Below are positions 21,396-32,403 of a DNA stretch of 64,000 nt, in pieces. Positions within the stretch are counted from its first letter, which is position 1. Each line of letters starts with the position of its first letter. The translations under genes and the position numbers were made by a program. Origin of the DNA: an uncultured Gemmatimonadaceae bacterium (GTDB lineage Bacteria; Gemmatimonadota; Gemmatimonadetes; Gemmatimonadales; Gemmatimonadaceae); NCBI GenBank assembly GCA_963822945.1, contig CAWGJO010000021.1, positions 192,001-256,000 on the forward strand, written 5' to 3'. Below the pieces are notes generated by a model. It had not been told where the DNA came from, searched no databases, and saw only the letters and a program-made list of their open reading frames with translations.

Positions 21396-22808
21396 ATGCT
21401 TTCGAGCTCGAGCGCCCTGGAAACCGCCCGCCGTCTGGAGCAACGGGAGCTGACGACGCGCGAGGTGGTCGCTCACTACCTGGACCGCATCCGCGACCTG
21501 GACGGCGAGCTCAGCGCGTTCGTCGAGGTGCACGACCGAGAAGCGCGCAGACAGGCGGCTCGTACGACGCCGTCCGGCGGTCTGTCCGGGATTCCAGTAG
21601 CCGTCAAAGACCTCAACGCGGTTCGTCTCAGCCACATGCGCCTCGGCTCCCGGGCGGCCACCCGACTCTGGACACCGTTCGACGATCTCGCCGTGCGCCG
21701 CCTGAGACGCGCCGGCATGATCGTGCTCGGCAAGGCCTCCACGTCCGAGCTCGGCGTGCTGCCCGTGACCGAGCCGGCCATCCATCCCCCGACGCGAAAC
21801 CCTCACCATCCCGAGTACAGCGCGGGAGGCTCCAGCGGTGGGTCTGCTGCAGCTGTCGCAGCCATGCTTTGTCCGCTCGCCCTGGGGAGCGACGGCGCCG
21901 GATCCATTCGCATTCCGGCCTCTTTCTGTGGCGTGGTCGGCCTCAAGCCTTCCCGAGGACTCGTCGTCAACCCTTTCGGCATGGACGATCCGGATCTGAT
22001 CTGGACTTGCGGTCCCATCGCGGGGAACGTCGCGGATGCCGCGGCGATGCTCGACGTACTCGCGGATCCGGGGTCGACACGCCTCGAGGGCGCGCTCAGC
22101 ATCCTGCAGCGCCGTCGCAGCGGCCACCCGGAACCCGCGTTGAAACCACGGTTCGTCGCGCAATTGCGCGACGAGCCAGCAGCCCTCGAGGTGCGTTTCA
22201 CGACTCGCTCCGTTCTGGGACAAAGCGATCCGGCAGTGGCGCAAGCCGTGCGGCACGTGGCAGCGCTTCTCGAGCGGCTCGGCCACCGGGTACGAGAGAT
22301 GGAACCCTTGGGCGGGACGACCCCGGAAGAGTTTCTGCCGCTGTGGCAGGTCAACTCCATGGTGATGCCGTGGCTCGACGAGAGGCGGCTCGAGCCGTTC
22401 ACGCGATGGCTGCGACAGGGCTCTCGGCGGGTCGACAAGCGCCGAACGCGGGAGCTCGCCCGCACGATCGCGCGGCGGGTCTTCCATGCCTTCGCGGACG
22501 CCGACGTCTGGCTGACCCCCACCGTGATGTCGACAGCCCCACGGGTGGGGTCCTTTCGCGGCTTGACCCCGCTAGAGACTTTCGAGCGAGCGGCCCGCAT
22601 CGCCGCGTTTACCGCTCCGTTCAACCTCACGGGCCAGCCGGCGATCAGCATACCCGTGGCGTCGAGCCCCGAAGGGTTGCCGATTGGCGCACAGCTCGTG
22701 GGCCGGCCCCACGCCGACCTCGGGCTCCTGCAGCTTGCCGCCACCCTCGAGAGCGAGCTCGACTTCGCCCGACTACCTCGGGCCGCTCAACCCTGGTTCA
22801 GGCACTGA
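21396..22808 (+). CDS. Amidase signature family protein
   Basis: [69 protein letters not shown]. Confidence 0.93.
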   Translation: MLSSSSALETARRLEQRELTTREVVAHYLDRIRDLDGELSAFVEVHDREARRQAARTTPSGGLSGIPVAVKDLNAVRLSHMRLGSRAATRLWTPFDDLAVRRLRRAGMIVLGKASTSELGVLPVTEPAIHPPTRNPHHPEYSAGGSSGGSAAAVAAMLCPLALGSDGAGSIRIPASFCGVVGLKPSRGLVVNPFGMDDPDLIWTCGPIAGNVADAAAMLDVLADPGSTRLEGALSILQRRRSGHPEPALKPRFVAQLRDEPAALEVRFTTRSVLGQSDPAVAQAVRHVAALLERLGHRVREMEPLGGTTPEEFLPLWQVNSMVMPWLDERRLEPFTRWLRQGSRRVDKRRTRELARTIARRVFHAFADADVWLTPTVMSTAPRVGSFRGLTPLETFERAARIAAFTAPFNLTGQPAISIPVASSPEGLPIGAQLVGRPHADLGLLQLAATLESELDFARLPRAAQPWFRH

Positions 22809-23551
22809 GTCGGTAGGCGTCAGGAACGTCGGACTCCAAGATCGCTGCTCCGACGGCCTGAGCCGCTTGCTCGACCTGGCTCCACACGACCTGCAAGTGC
22901 ATGCGAAGCACGCTGGTTCCCACCCACATCACGTACGGCGCTCGGATTCTCCTGATACACCCAAGTCTGCTCCACGCGACAGCGGCCGGGGCCCAACTCC
23001 TCCACCTCGAACGCCGAGCTACCGGCAATGTAGGAGCCCTCCAGGTAAACGTATTTCACGCGGGCCGGGAAGTGATTGGTGTCCAGCTCGACCAATTCGC
23101 CAAAATCGCTGGTCCAGGCATCTTCGACCGACCTGAGAGCCCCCTGCAATAGTCGACCCATCGAGCTCGAACGCGACCAATTCGTCATGCGCTCCAGCCA
23201 ATCTGCATCCAGACGACCATCTTCCGCTTGTTGGACGAGCAGCTGGCGAACGCTGAACCGTCCTTGAAATCGCTGACCCACCTCGAAAGGCCTGCCGACG
23301 TCAGCGCGGGGGCGCATCACGCGAACCAAACCGAAGGCTCGATTCGGGTCGGCCATGGACCTGGCAAAAGCCTCTGCGAATTCTGCAGCGCTCGCGCTCA
23401 CCACGAAACTGCGCACGTCGCGTTTGATCGTCACCGGCGAATCCAGCCGCAGCGGCAACACGCGCCTCTCAGTCAGCTCCTTTTCCCAGATCTCTGGCGT
23501 CCAAACCAGGCCGGTTTCCGGAGCCACCCCTATCGCACGAAGCATCGACAT
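22798..23551 (-). CDS. Hypothetical protein, possibly SRPBCC-like (frameshift ~22948)
   Basis: ORF 22820-23551 joins plausibly to ORF 22798-23028 (...EQTWVYQE / IRAPYVMWVGTSVLRMHLQVVWSQV). Confidence 0.55.
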
Positions 23552-23593
23552 GCCCCTGCCAATAGCCCGACTTAAATGTGAATTCGATAGAAA

Positions 23594-24616
23594 TCAGCGC
23601 CGCTTGGCGCGGCGCACGTCGAGCACCGGTAGCTTCTGCTTCAAGAGCTCCGCTCTCAGCTCGCTCCAGGGCCGCGGGGCCTCGAGCAGATCGTACTCCC
23701 CGGAGCAGGGCGCGGTGTCGTAGCCGCGCATCACGTCGTCCGCGTTCTTCATGGCCTGATCGGGCTTCTCACCGATGAGCTGTCCATATACGTACAGCTC
23801 CGCGGCGACCTGCAGCGCGCCCAGGGGACAGCGCTTGGACTTGTCGCGCACCTTCTTCGCGCGGCGTGCGGCGCGCTGAACGCGCTTGAGCCGCTCGAAG
23901 TACAGCGGCGTGAAATCCCGCAGGTTCTTGGCGAAACGTCCACCTTCCCAGGACTCCAGGCCGCGCACTTCCAGCTGCAGCGCCAGCGACGGCCCGCACG
24001 ACACCCGCGCGCAGGGCGCGATGCTCAATGCGAACATGCGATACGCAAACTCCGGGATGCCGTCGCGGTCGCCATCCTGAATGCAGGTGGGGCAGCTGGG
24101 GACGGCCTTGGGCTCGACGAAGGCATCCTTGACGAGCTCGAGTACCTTGGGCGTGGCAACGCCGCAATTCGCGCCACACGGAGTGAGATGCAAGACCACG
24201 TAAGCGGACCCATCGCCGCGCAGGTCCCAGGTGAGCCGGCCCTTCTTGGTCTTCATCACGTCGATCATGCCGCTCTCGCCGGTGTGAACGACGAAAGGAC
24301 CGGCGCCTACCGCGACGAAGCGCTCCAGCTTGTAGGCGGGCGCCTTTTCCGCCGTCGGCTCCAGCAGCAAGATGGCCGCGTTGTGTCCCGGTATCTCGAT
24401 CGTCTCTTTGACGATCCAGCCGTCGGCGGTTGCGTTTGCCGTGGCGCGGCGCAAGTTGTCGCGGAACGTGCGTTGCGCAGTGGGCGCCTTCGGCGAAGGT
24501 GGCGGCGTGGGTCGCGCGGGGGCGACGACGACGCCGGCGGGATCCGACGCCGGCCGCGCCGGACCGCAGGCAACGATGGCCAGCGACAACGAGAGAAGCG
24601 CGAGGCGTCCGCGCAT
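23594..24616 (-). CDS. Hypothetical lipoprotein
   Basis: MRGRLALLSLSLAIVAC; CGANC, CPTC, DGDRDGIPE. The ATG overlaps the dapB stop. Confidence 0.8.
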   Translation of the reverse strand: MRGRLALLSLSLAIVACGPARPASDPAGVVVAPARPTPPPSPKAPTAQRTFRDNLRRATANATADGWIVKETIEIPGHNAAILLLEPTAEKAPAYKLERFVAVGAGPFVVHTGESGMIDVMKTKKGRLTWDLRGDGSAYVVLHLTPCGANCGVATPKVLELVKDAFVEPKAVPSCPTCIQDGDRDGIPEFAYRMFALSIAPCARVSCGPSLALQLEVRGLESWEGGRFAKNLRDFTPLYFERLKRVQRAARRAKKVRDKSKRCPLGALQVAAELYVYGQLIGEKPDQAMKNADDVMRGYDTAPCSGEYDLLEAPRPWSELRAELLKQKLPVLDVRRAKRR

Positions 24617-25401
24617 CAGCCGAGAACGTCTGCGATCGTGTACAGGCCGGGCTTCTTGCCCGCCAGAAAGCGCGCGCCGCGGAGCGCGCCGTGAGCGAAC
24701 AGCTCGCGACTCGTCGCCCGGTGGGTGAGCTCCAGTCGCTCCCCGGGCCCCAGCAGATACACCGTGTGGTCACCCACCACGTCGCCGCCGCGCACGCCGA
24801 AAACGGCCATTTCGTCGTCTTTGCGGGCACCCACCTCGCCGCCGCGCCCGTGCAGCTCCCGAAGCTCCCCGCGCACCGCGCGGGCGGCGTCCGCCAGCCG
24901 CCGGGCGGTACCGCTGGGTGCGTCCACCTTGCGCCGGTGGTGGATTTCCACGATCTCCACGTCGTAACCCAGACCCAATCGCTTGAGCGCCTGCTCCACG
25001 ACCTCCGCGAGCACTTGCACTCCCAAGCTGGTGTTCGGCGCCCACAGCACCGGCACGCTCTCCGCCGCCTTGTCCAGGGCCTGACGGCCGGCGGCGTCCA
25101 GGTTCGTCGTGCCGCTCATCACGGCCACTTTCTGGCGTGCAGCTACGGCGAGCAATCCCGGCACCGCCGAGGCCACGGAAAAGTCCACCACCACGTCTGC
25201 GCCCAGCAGACCCGCACCGAGATCCGCCGTCGCTTCCACGCCCACGGTACCGACGCCAGCCAGCTCCCCGACGTCGCGCCCCTGTCCCGGATCCACGCTG
25301 GAGCACACCGCGCCCACGATGTCGACGTCCTCGGCCTCGTGGGCGAGGCGAGCCACCGTGAGCCCCATGCGGCCGGTGGCCCCGTGCAGGGCGAGCTTCA
25401 C
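24616..25401 (-). CDS. dapB: 4-hydroxy-tetrahydrodipicolinate reductase
   Basis: GATGRMG, VVDFS, SGTT, APNTSLGV, EIHHRRKVDAPSGTA, RGGDVVGDH, FAHGA. Confidence 0.96.
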   Translation of the reverse strand: MKLALHGATGRMGLTVARLAHEAEDVDIVGAVCSSVDPGQGRDVGELAGVGTVGVEATADLGAGLLGADVVVDFSVASAVPGLLAVAARQKVAVMSGTTNLDAAGRQALDKAAESVPVLWAPNTSLGVQVLAEVVEQALKRLGLGYDVEIVEIHHRRKVDAPSGTARRLADAARAVRGELRELHGRGGEVGARKDDEMAVFGVRGGDVVGDHTVYLLGPGERLELTHRATSRELFAHGALRGARFLAGKKPGLYTIADVLG

Positions 25402-26293
25402 GACTTTTCGAACTCCGCGATGACCAGAGCGAGACGGTCTCCCGCGCTCCGGTGCTGGCGGGCACCAACGGCGGACGCACGGTGTCCTGCATCAGTCCCT
25501 TGGCCGCCAGCACGGCCTTCGGAATTTGCGGATTGGGCTCGATGAACAGCGCCTTGTGCACCGGGTACAACTTGAAGTGCTTGGCCCGCGCCGCTTCCCA
25601 GCGCCCGGCCTCCACGTCCGCCACGACCTCGCTCACCTGGCGGGGATACACGTTGGAAGTGACGCTAATCACGCCTTTCACGCCCACCGCCATCATCGGC
25701 AAGGTGAGCGGATCGTCGCCGCTCATCAGCGTGACGCGATCCCCGGCGCGCCGCAGCACTTCCTGGCAATAGGCTACGTTGCCCGTCGCGTCTTTGACGC
25801 CCACCACGTTCTTGCACGCGTCCAGCACGCGCAGCGTGGAGTCTGCAGACAGCTCCACGTTGGTGCGACCGGGAATGTTGTAGAGCACGATGGGTGCGCT
25901 TACGGCCTCTGCAATCAGACGCACGTGCTGGAACATGCCTTCTTGGCTGGGCTTGTTGTAGTACGGCATCACGATCATCACGGCGTCCGCGCCCGCTTCC
26001 AGCGCAGCCTGGCTCGCCTTGATGCTCTTTTGCGTGTTGTTGGATCCGGTGCCGGCCAAGATCGGCACCTTGCCCTTGGCCAGCTTCGCGGTGCGTTGGA
26101 TCACCTCGAGCTGCTCGGCGTCGCTCAGTGTGGGTGTCTCGCCGGTGGTGCCACACGGCACCAGGCCGGAGATGCCGCCTTCGAGCTGACCGGTGACGAG
26201 CTTGTCGAAGGCTTCCCAGTCGATCTTGGAGCCGTCTTTGGTGAAGGGCGTGACGAGGGCGGTGTAGGCGCCTCGGAGATTGATGCCACTCAT
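25398..26293 (-). CDS. dapA: 4-hydroxy-tetrahydrodipicolinate synthase (indel near the 3' end, ~25435)
   Basis: TALVTPF, CGTTGE, AGTGSN, PYYNKPSQEG, LYNIPGRT, GVKDATG, SGDD, EPNP. The corrected TGA overlaps the dapB GTG. Confidence 0.95.
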
Positions 26294-26568
26294 GCCGAGA
26301 CTATTTGCCGCATTCGCGCGGGAAGCAACCGGGAGTGCGTTGTGCCTTGGTTTCGCGGTTCGCCCGTCGGCGCGTCGGCCGAGCACGAACGCGCCGACCG
26401 CGCGCCGCGCGCAGGCTCCCGGGCGGGGGCGAGGGATTCGTCCGTCCCCGGCAAGTGCGCCCGAGCCCGGGAAAACGCCTCCCCTGAGCCGCATCATTTG
26501 AGATTTGGCAAGTCGGGCCTATGTGCCCTCGGAGTCCCAGCCCGAAAACCTTGAAGGAGAACACGCGC

Positions 26569-26976
26569 ATGCCCGCAATCACATGGGGACCCCAGATCGA
26601 GCTCGGTATCGAGATCATCGACGCGCAGCACAAGCGCTTGGTGGAGCTGATCAACGAGCTCGGGCAGGCCATGGAGGATGGGCGCAGCAACGAGGTGATG
26701 GCCGCCACCCTGGCGGAGCTGGTGGACTACACCCACACTCACTTCAAGACCGAAGAAGTGCTGCTGCACGAAAACGACTACGAAGACCTGAAGCAGCACC
26801 GGCGAGAGCACCGCATCTTCACGGACCAGATCGAGATCTACAAGGATCGCTTCGAGTCCGGTTTCCAGAGCGTAACCCAGGCACTGATGGACTATCTGAG
26901 CGGCTGGCTCGTCACGCACATCACCGTCTCGGATCGCGCGTACCTCGCTACGCTCAAAGAAGCCGGCGTGAAGTGA
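26569..26976 (+). CDS. Single-domain bacteriohemerythrin
   Basis: W...ELGIEIIDAQHKRL, HFKTEE, HRREH, WLVTHITVSD (H/HxxxE/HxxxH/HxxxxD iron ligands); AAGGAG RBS. Confidence 0.93.
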   Translation: MPAITWGPQIELGIEIIDAQHKRLVELINELGQAMEDGRSNEVMAATLAELVDYTHTHFKTEEVLLHENDYEDLKQHRREHRIFTDQIEIYKDRFESGFQSVTQALMDYLSGWLVTHITVSDRAYLATLKEAGVK

Positions 26977-26977
26977 G

Positions 26978-28265
26978 TCAGGGCCGGCGGAAGCTGGCCA
27001 CGAAATAGCCCTCCGTACCGTGCCGGAGCGGCAAGAGCCGGAAGCTGGTCGCGTCGGTCGGGAGTAGCTCGTCGAGGTCGGGCGCGTCGAAAGGCACGGG
27101 CTCGAGCACGTCGGCGACGCGCTGCACGACCTGATCGCCTTCCTCCGGCAGGATGCTGCATACCGCGAACACGATGCGGCCTCCCGACCGGGCGCGGGTG
27201 GCAGCCCGGCGCAGGATGCTCTCCGCCAGGGCAGCCAGACGCCGCGGATCCTCGGGACGCAGGCGGAACGCAATCTCCGGGCGGCGCTGCAGAGTGCCCA
27301 CGCCGGTGCAAGGCGCGTCCACCAGCACGCGGTCGAAATCCGTCCGGGATCTTTCCCGAGCCCACGGTCCAGTCCACCGCGGCGGAGCGCACCTCCAAAA
27401 GACCCAGCCGCCGGCACTCGCCGGCCAGCGCTTCGAGCTTTTCGGGATAAAGATCCGACGCCCACACCTCCCCCCCGGCGCCCACTTGCTCGGCGAGCAA
27501 GGTCGTCTTCTGCCCGCGCCCGGCGCATGCGTCGAGCACGCGCTCCCCGGCGCGCGCGCCCAACGCCAGTCCCACCACCTGAGCGCCCTCCTCCTGGATC
27601 ACGAAGCGGCCCTCGGCGTAGCCCTCGCGGCGCCGCAGGTCCCCTGCGGCGCGGAGCAGCCGCGACCGCGGCGCGACACGGCCGACGGGCGCGTCGCGCA
27701 GCCACGAGGGCAGCTCTCCCGGCCCCACGATGCGCACGGCCGCGCCAGGTGGCACCGTCTCGTCCGCACCCACCAGCGCGCGGGCTTCGAGCTCCCCGAC
27801 GGAGCCCTTGAGCCGGCGCCATAACCAAGGCGGCAGACTCTCCACCACTGCTTCGGCTCGTGACAGCTTCGCGTCCTCGGCCGCGACCTTGCGCAAGACC
27901 GCGTTGGCGAAGCCCGCGATGCGCTTGCCTCGCTCCTTCGTGATCGCGCTCACGGCTGCGTTCACCGCGGCGTGAGCCGGAACACGGTCCAGAAGCAGGA
28001 TCTGATAGGCCGCGACGAGCATGTGCGCGACGACGGACGAATCGGTCTTCGAGAGCCCGCGCGGCGCAAAGCGCGCGAGCTCTCGCTCCAGTGCGCCTCG
28101 ACAGCGCAGCGTGCCGTACACCAGCTCTGTGGCGAGGCCGCGATCGCGAGCATCCAGCTGAGGGTGACGCGCGAGCTCCGCGTCCAGCGCGGCCGCCGCA
28201 AATGCGCCGTCCCGTGCCACCCGCTCCAGCACGCGAGCGGCGATGGGTCGCACCAGCTCCGTCAC
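26978..28265 (-). CDS. rsmB: 16S rRNA m5C methyltransferase RsmB/Sun with a NusB-like domain (frameshift ~27337)
   Basis: LATELVYGTLR, FANAVLR, IQEEGAQ, LDACAGRGQKT, LVDAPCTGVGTLQRRPE, FAVCSI, EGYFVA. Confidence 0.9.
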
Positions 28266-29938
28266 CCGACCAGCTCGCGGAGCTGGCCGACGATGACGTC
28301 CCAGCGCCGTTCCACGTCGTTCTTGAAGGCCAGGGCCATCAAGCCGACCAAGATCATCATGCCCAACAAATGCGCGATTTCACGCACCCGAAGTGGCAAC
28401 GGCCGGCGCAAAACGGCCTCGATGGCAAAGAACATCAGATGTCCGCCGTCCAGCACCGGAATGGGCAGCAAATTCAACAAGCCCAGATTGATGCTGATCA
28501 GCGCCATCACCCACACGAAGTAATCGGGACCTTTGCGGCCCTCTTCGCCGGCCACCTCGTAGATGGTGATCGGACCGGATAGAGACTTGAGGCTGATCCG
28601 CCCCTGCGCCAAGCGAACGATGCCGATCATCACGAAGCGCGTGACGTCCACCGTTTCTTCCACGGCCTTCTCCATCGCGTAGCGGACGGGCGTCGGGTGC
28701 TCCACCTTCTTTTCGGGAGCCAGCGGTATCCAATGCTGCACTCTCAACACGTAACGCGCGAAGGTCTGGCCGTGCTCGTCGGTGAAGTCTTCCCGACGCA
28801 TTTGGAACGTACCCGAGCGCTCGCGCCCGTCGCGAGCCGCCAGGTAATCGATGCGGTGCGGCCGGTCCGGCGCGGCCAACACGCGCTCGCGGAACGTCGA
28901 CCAGGCGGGCACGGCCTCGTCGTCCAGCCGCAGGATCTTGTCTCCCGGTCTGAGGCCGGCCTTGTGCAAGTAGCTGTCCTCGGGAACGACCGCCGCGTAC
29001 AGATCGGCCAGCTCGATGCCCGTGCTCGATTGCAGGTCCGTTCCGCTCGCGTCGGGCGTGAGGGCCACCACTCCGGCCTCGAACACCGCCATGTCCGCCA
29101 GCCCGCCCAGAGCTTCCGGCACGGTCACCGGCCGCAAGTAGGTGACGGGGACGGTTTCTCCACGATTTTCGGACAGCGCGCGATCCAGATCCATGAAGCG
29201 CCGTACGGGCTGTCCGGCCACGTAGGTGATCACGTCGAAGGTCCTGAGACCCGCGCGATAGGCCGGGGAATCCGTGTTGGCGATGCCGATGACGGCAGCC
29301 GGGGCGCTGGGCTGGATGCCGACGGTCCCCACCCGCTCCACGATGTCGAGCTCCCGGCGCTCCACGGTCTCCTCCGCGGTCACCTCCACCTCGACTTCCT
29401 TGTTGTCGCGGAACACCTTGAAGCGCACGGGCTTGCTCGGGTTCTTGCTGACGATGCGCTTGAGCTCGTCGAAGGTGCCGACGTCCTGCCCGTTGACCGC
29501 CATGATGCGATCGCCGGGAAACAGCTTTCCGGATGCCGGGTGACCTGGAAGCACGACGCCAACGGTGGGCGGCAGGAACGGACCGTCGGTGACGAACACG
29601 GAGAAGTAGAGGAGGATCGGAAAAAACAGGTTCATCATCGGACCGGCGAGCACGACGATGACGCGCTTGTAGATGGGCAGGGATTCGAAGGTCCGGTTCT
29701 TGTCCTCGGGCAGGACGATGTCCGTCTTCGACGCCTCCAGCATCTTCACGTAGCCGCCCAGCGGCAGCAGGCTGATGCAGTACTCCGTCTCCCGACCACG
29801 CAGTCGAAGAATCTTGGGGCCGAACCCCAGGCTGAAGGTCATCACCTTGACGCCAAAGATCTTGGCGAAGGCGAAATGACCGAGCTCGTGCACGAAGATG
29901 AGCGAGCTCACCAGGATGACGAAGTAGAGGAGGTCCAT
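28262..29938 (-). CDS. rseP: RIP metalloprotease RseP (site-2 protease with PDZ domains)
   Basis: HELGH, FSLGFGP, LPLGGYVKM, AGPMMN, PDZ segments, NLGLLNLLPIPVLDGGH. Confidence 0.95.
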   Translation of the reverse strand: MDLLYFVILVSSLIFVHELGHFAFAKIFGVKVMTFSLGFGPKILRLRGRETEYCISLLPLGGYVKMLEASKTDIVLPEDKNRTFESLPIYKRVIVVLAGPMMNLFFPILLYFSVFVTDGPFLPPTVGVVLPGHPASGKLFPGDRIMAVNGQDVGTFDELKRIVSKNPSKPVRFKVFRDNKEVEVEVTAEETVERRELDIVERVGTVGIQPSAPAAVIGIANTDSPAYRAGLRTFDVITYVAGQPVRRFMDLDRALSENRGETVPVTYLRPVTVPEALGGLADMAVFEAGVVALTPDASGTDLQSSTGIELADLYAAVVPEDSYLHKAGLRPGDKILRLDDEAVPAWSTFRERVLAAPDRPHRIDYLAARDGRERSGTFQMRREDFTDEHGQTFARYVLRVQHWIPLAPEKKVEHPTPVRYAMEKAVEETVDVTRFVMIGIVRLAQGRISLKSLSGPITIYEVAGEEGRKGPDYFVWVMALISINLGLLNLLPIPVLDGGHLMFFAIEAVLRRPLPLRVREIAHLLGMMILVGLMALAFKNDVERRWDVIVGQLRELVG

Positions 29939-30026
29939 CGCGGTGGCCGGGCGCCGGCAGGACTCGGGCCTCGAAGAGCGGCGCGAGCGTAGCATGATGC
30001 AAAAAACCCGGGTAGCGTCCCCGGCC

Positions 30027-30515
30027 ATGGCCCAAAAGCCGCGCGGAAAGACGCCTGGAGAGTGCCGCGTGCAGCTCCACCAGCTGATGCTGCCGGAGCA
30101 CGCCAACGCCTACGGCAACGTGCACGGCGGGTTGATCATGAAGATGGTGGACGAAACCGGAGGCATCGCCGCCATGCGCCACGCCCAGCGCCCGTGCGTG
30201 ACGGTAGCGATGGACTCCATGACCTTCGTGTCCCCCGTGCACGTGGGAGAGCTGTTGTGTTGCGTGGCCAGCGTCAACTTCGTGGGCAAGAGCTCGCTGG
30301 AGGTCGGCGTGCGCGTCCATGCAGAGAACTTCATCACCGGAGAGATCACGCACACGAACTCCGCGTACCTCGTGTACGTGGCGCTCGGCGACGACGGCAA
30401 GCCCATGCCGGCGCCGCCGCTCGTGCTCGAGACCGAAGACGAGCGGCGGCGTTTCCGTGAAGCCCAAGAGCGTCAAAAGGCGCGGCTCGCTCGGCGCAAG
30501 AAGCCCGCGGACTGA
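30027..30515 (+). CDS. Acyl-CoA thioesterase (hot-dog fold, YciA-like)
   Basis: LPEHANAYGNVHGGLIMKMVDE, VTVAMDSMTFVSPV, GKSSLEVGV, YVAL. Confidence 0.9.
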   Translation: MAQKPRGKTPGECRVQLHQLMLPEHANAYGNVHGGLIMKMVDETGGIAAMRHAQRPCVTVAMDSMTFVSPVHVGELLCCVASVNFVGKSSLEVGVRVHAENFITGEITHTNSAYLVYVALGDDGKPMPAPPLVLETEDERRRFREAQERQKARLARRKKPAD

Positions 30516-30517
30516 TA

Positions 30518-31357
30518 TCAGCGGAACGCGCTCACGTTCTCGGCGATGAAGTCGGCGAAGCGCTGGCCCTCTTTCCCCAGCACGCTCTGCACCACGGGCG
30601 ACACCTCCGCGGCCCAACCGTTCGCTTTCACGGCCTCGAGGGCGATGAGCCCGTCCACCATCCAGTCCGGCGTACCGCTCGAGCGCAAGCCAGCCTCGAG
30701 CTGCTCCGGCTCGAGGTCCACGTAGCGAACGGTCTTACCCAGCGCCTGGCCGATGATGTCCGCGGCCTGGCTGTCGCTCAGCGCCTCGGGCCCGGTCAAA
30801 TCCAGGGTTTTTCCCGCGTGCGGAGCGGGATCTTGGAGAACTTTCGCCAGCACCTCGCCGATGTCTCGCGAGCTGATGTAGGCGCTCCTGCCGCCCTTGG
30901 ATGCGCCGTAGAACGCGCCGTCCTTCTTGATGGTGTCGGCTTGGAACTTGACGAAGTTGTCTTGGAAGAAGAGCGGCTTGACGATGGTCCAACCCATGCC
31001 ACTCGCTTTCAGCGCTTCGTCCGCTCGGCCGTGCTGTCGCGCGAGCTCCATGCCGGCATCCGGCGAGGCACCCGCCGCGCTGAGGCGAACGACGTGCTCC
31101 ACTCCGGCGCGTTTGGCCGCCGAAAGTGCCCGCGTCACCTGGGGCTCGAAGCTCTCGACGAAGGGCGTGATCAAGAGCAAACGCTTCACGCCTTCGAAGG
31201 CGCGGTTCAAGCTATTGGCGTCGTCGAGATCCGCGTGCACGGAGCCCGCGCCTTTGGGTGTGCGCACGCCGCTAACGGCTTTTACGCCGAGCGCGGCGAG
31301 GCTGCTCACGGTCTTGCTGCCGACGGTTCCAGTGGCTCCGGTAATCAGGATGGTCAT
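30518..31357 (-). CDS. NmrA/atypical SDR NAD(P)H-binding oxidoreductase
   Basis: ILITGATGTVG, AKRAGVEHVVRLS, LTGPEALS. Confidence 0.88.
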   Translation of the reverse strand: MTILITGATGTVGSKTVSSLAALGVKAVSGVRTPKGAGSVHADLDDANSLNRAFEGVKRLLLITPFVESFEPQVTRALSAAKRAGVEHVVRLSAAGASPDAGMELARQHGRADEALKASGMGWTIVKPLFFQDNFVKFQADTIKKDGAFYGASKGGRSAYISSRDIGEVLAKVLQDPAPHAGKTLDLTGPEALSDSQAADIIGQALGKTVRYVDLEPEQLEAGLRSSGTPDWMVDGLIALEAVKANGWAAEVSPVVQSVLGKEGQRFADFIAENVSAFR

Positions 31358-31440
31358 GGTGCTGCTTCCTTTCGAGAGCAGAACCTAAGCCGGCCCTCGG
31401 ATGCGGCAACTGCATGTTTTACATGATATGAATGCATTCT

Positions 31441-32403
31441 ATGCATCTCAGAAATCTGGACCTGAACCTGCTGGTGGTGCTGGACGCACTGCTGGAAACC
31501 GAGAACGTGAAGGCCGCCGCGGCCCGTCTCGGCCTCAGCGCCTCCGCCACCAGCCACGCCCTGGGGCGGCTCCGGGAGCTGCTCGGGGATCCGGTGCTGG
31601 TCCGCTCCGGTCGCAGCCTGGTTGCCAGCGCCCGCGCCCAGAAGCTGCGTCCCGTGGTCCGGCGCCTGCTCGAGGACGTGGAGCGTGCGCTGGCGCCGGA
31701 GCAGGAGCTGGATCCCGCAGAGCTGGAGCGCGCCTTCAGCGTCGCCGCCACGGACTACGCGGAGCTGGTCGTCGTAGCTCCCGTCGGCCAGTTGATCGCG
31801 AGCGAGGCACCCGGCGTGAATCTGTACTCCAAGGCGCTGCGCGACCTCCAAGGGCAGCTCCGGAGCGGCGAGGCGGACCTGGCGATCGGCGTGTTCCGCT
31901 CACCCAGCGACGACATCAAAACGAAAGAGCTCTTCCGTGATGAGCTGGTTTGTTTGTTCCGGCGCGGACACACCGCGCTCCGGAAGCCATTGGGCGTCAC
32001 GGAGTACGCCGCCCTCGACCACGTGCTCGTCGCGCCGCGGGGCAGCCCCCGCGGCAGCGTGGACGAAGCCCTCGCGCGGCGAGGCCTGAGCCGGCGCGTC
32101 GCGCGCTCCGTGTCGAACTTCCTCGTGGCTCCGCACCTCGTCGCGCACGGCAGCTACGTGATCACGATCTCTGCGCGCATCGCCACCCTGTTCGCCGACG
32201 ACCTCGGGTTGGTGGCGCGCGAGCCGCCGCTCGCGCTCGGCGGCTACGGCGTGTCCATGGCCTGGCACGCGAGAAATGACGTGGATCCCGCCCACGCTTG
32301 GCTGCGCAGCGCGGTCTCGCGGGTGGCCGCGACACTGGGCGCCGTGCCACGACCGAAGGGTCGCGGCCGGCGCTCCAAGCGAGTCAGTGCAGCGTCGCGG
32401 TGA
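31441..32403 (+). CDS. LysR-family transcriptional regulator, divergent from the NmrA-like gene
   Basis: LDLNLLVVLDALL...AAARLGLSASATSHALGRLRELLGDPVLVR; AHAWLR. Alternative start 31432. Confidence 0.93.
   Translation: MHLRNLDLNLLVVLDALLETENVKAAAARLGLSASATSHALGRLRELLGDPVLVRSGRSLVASARAQKLRPVVRRLLEDVERALAPEQELDPAELERAFSVAATDYAELVVVAPVGQLIASEAPGVNLYSKALRDLQGQLRSGEADLAIGVFRSPSDDIKTKELFRDELVCLFRRGHTALRKPLGVTEYAALDHVLVAPRGSPRGSVDEALARRGLSRRVARSVSNFLVAPHLVAHGSYVITISARIATLFADDLGLVAREPPLALGGYGVSMAWHARNDVDPAHAWLRSAVSRVAATLGAVPRPKGRGRRSKRVSAASR

Noticed and set aside
24770..26497. 575-aa extended DapA
   Set aside because: Read-through caused by an indel near 25435; the corrected stop overlaps the dapB start.
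26293..26569. Lysine riboswitch upstream of dapA
   Set aside because: Hairpins are present, but I could not find the conserved L-box sequence motifs.
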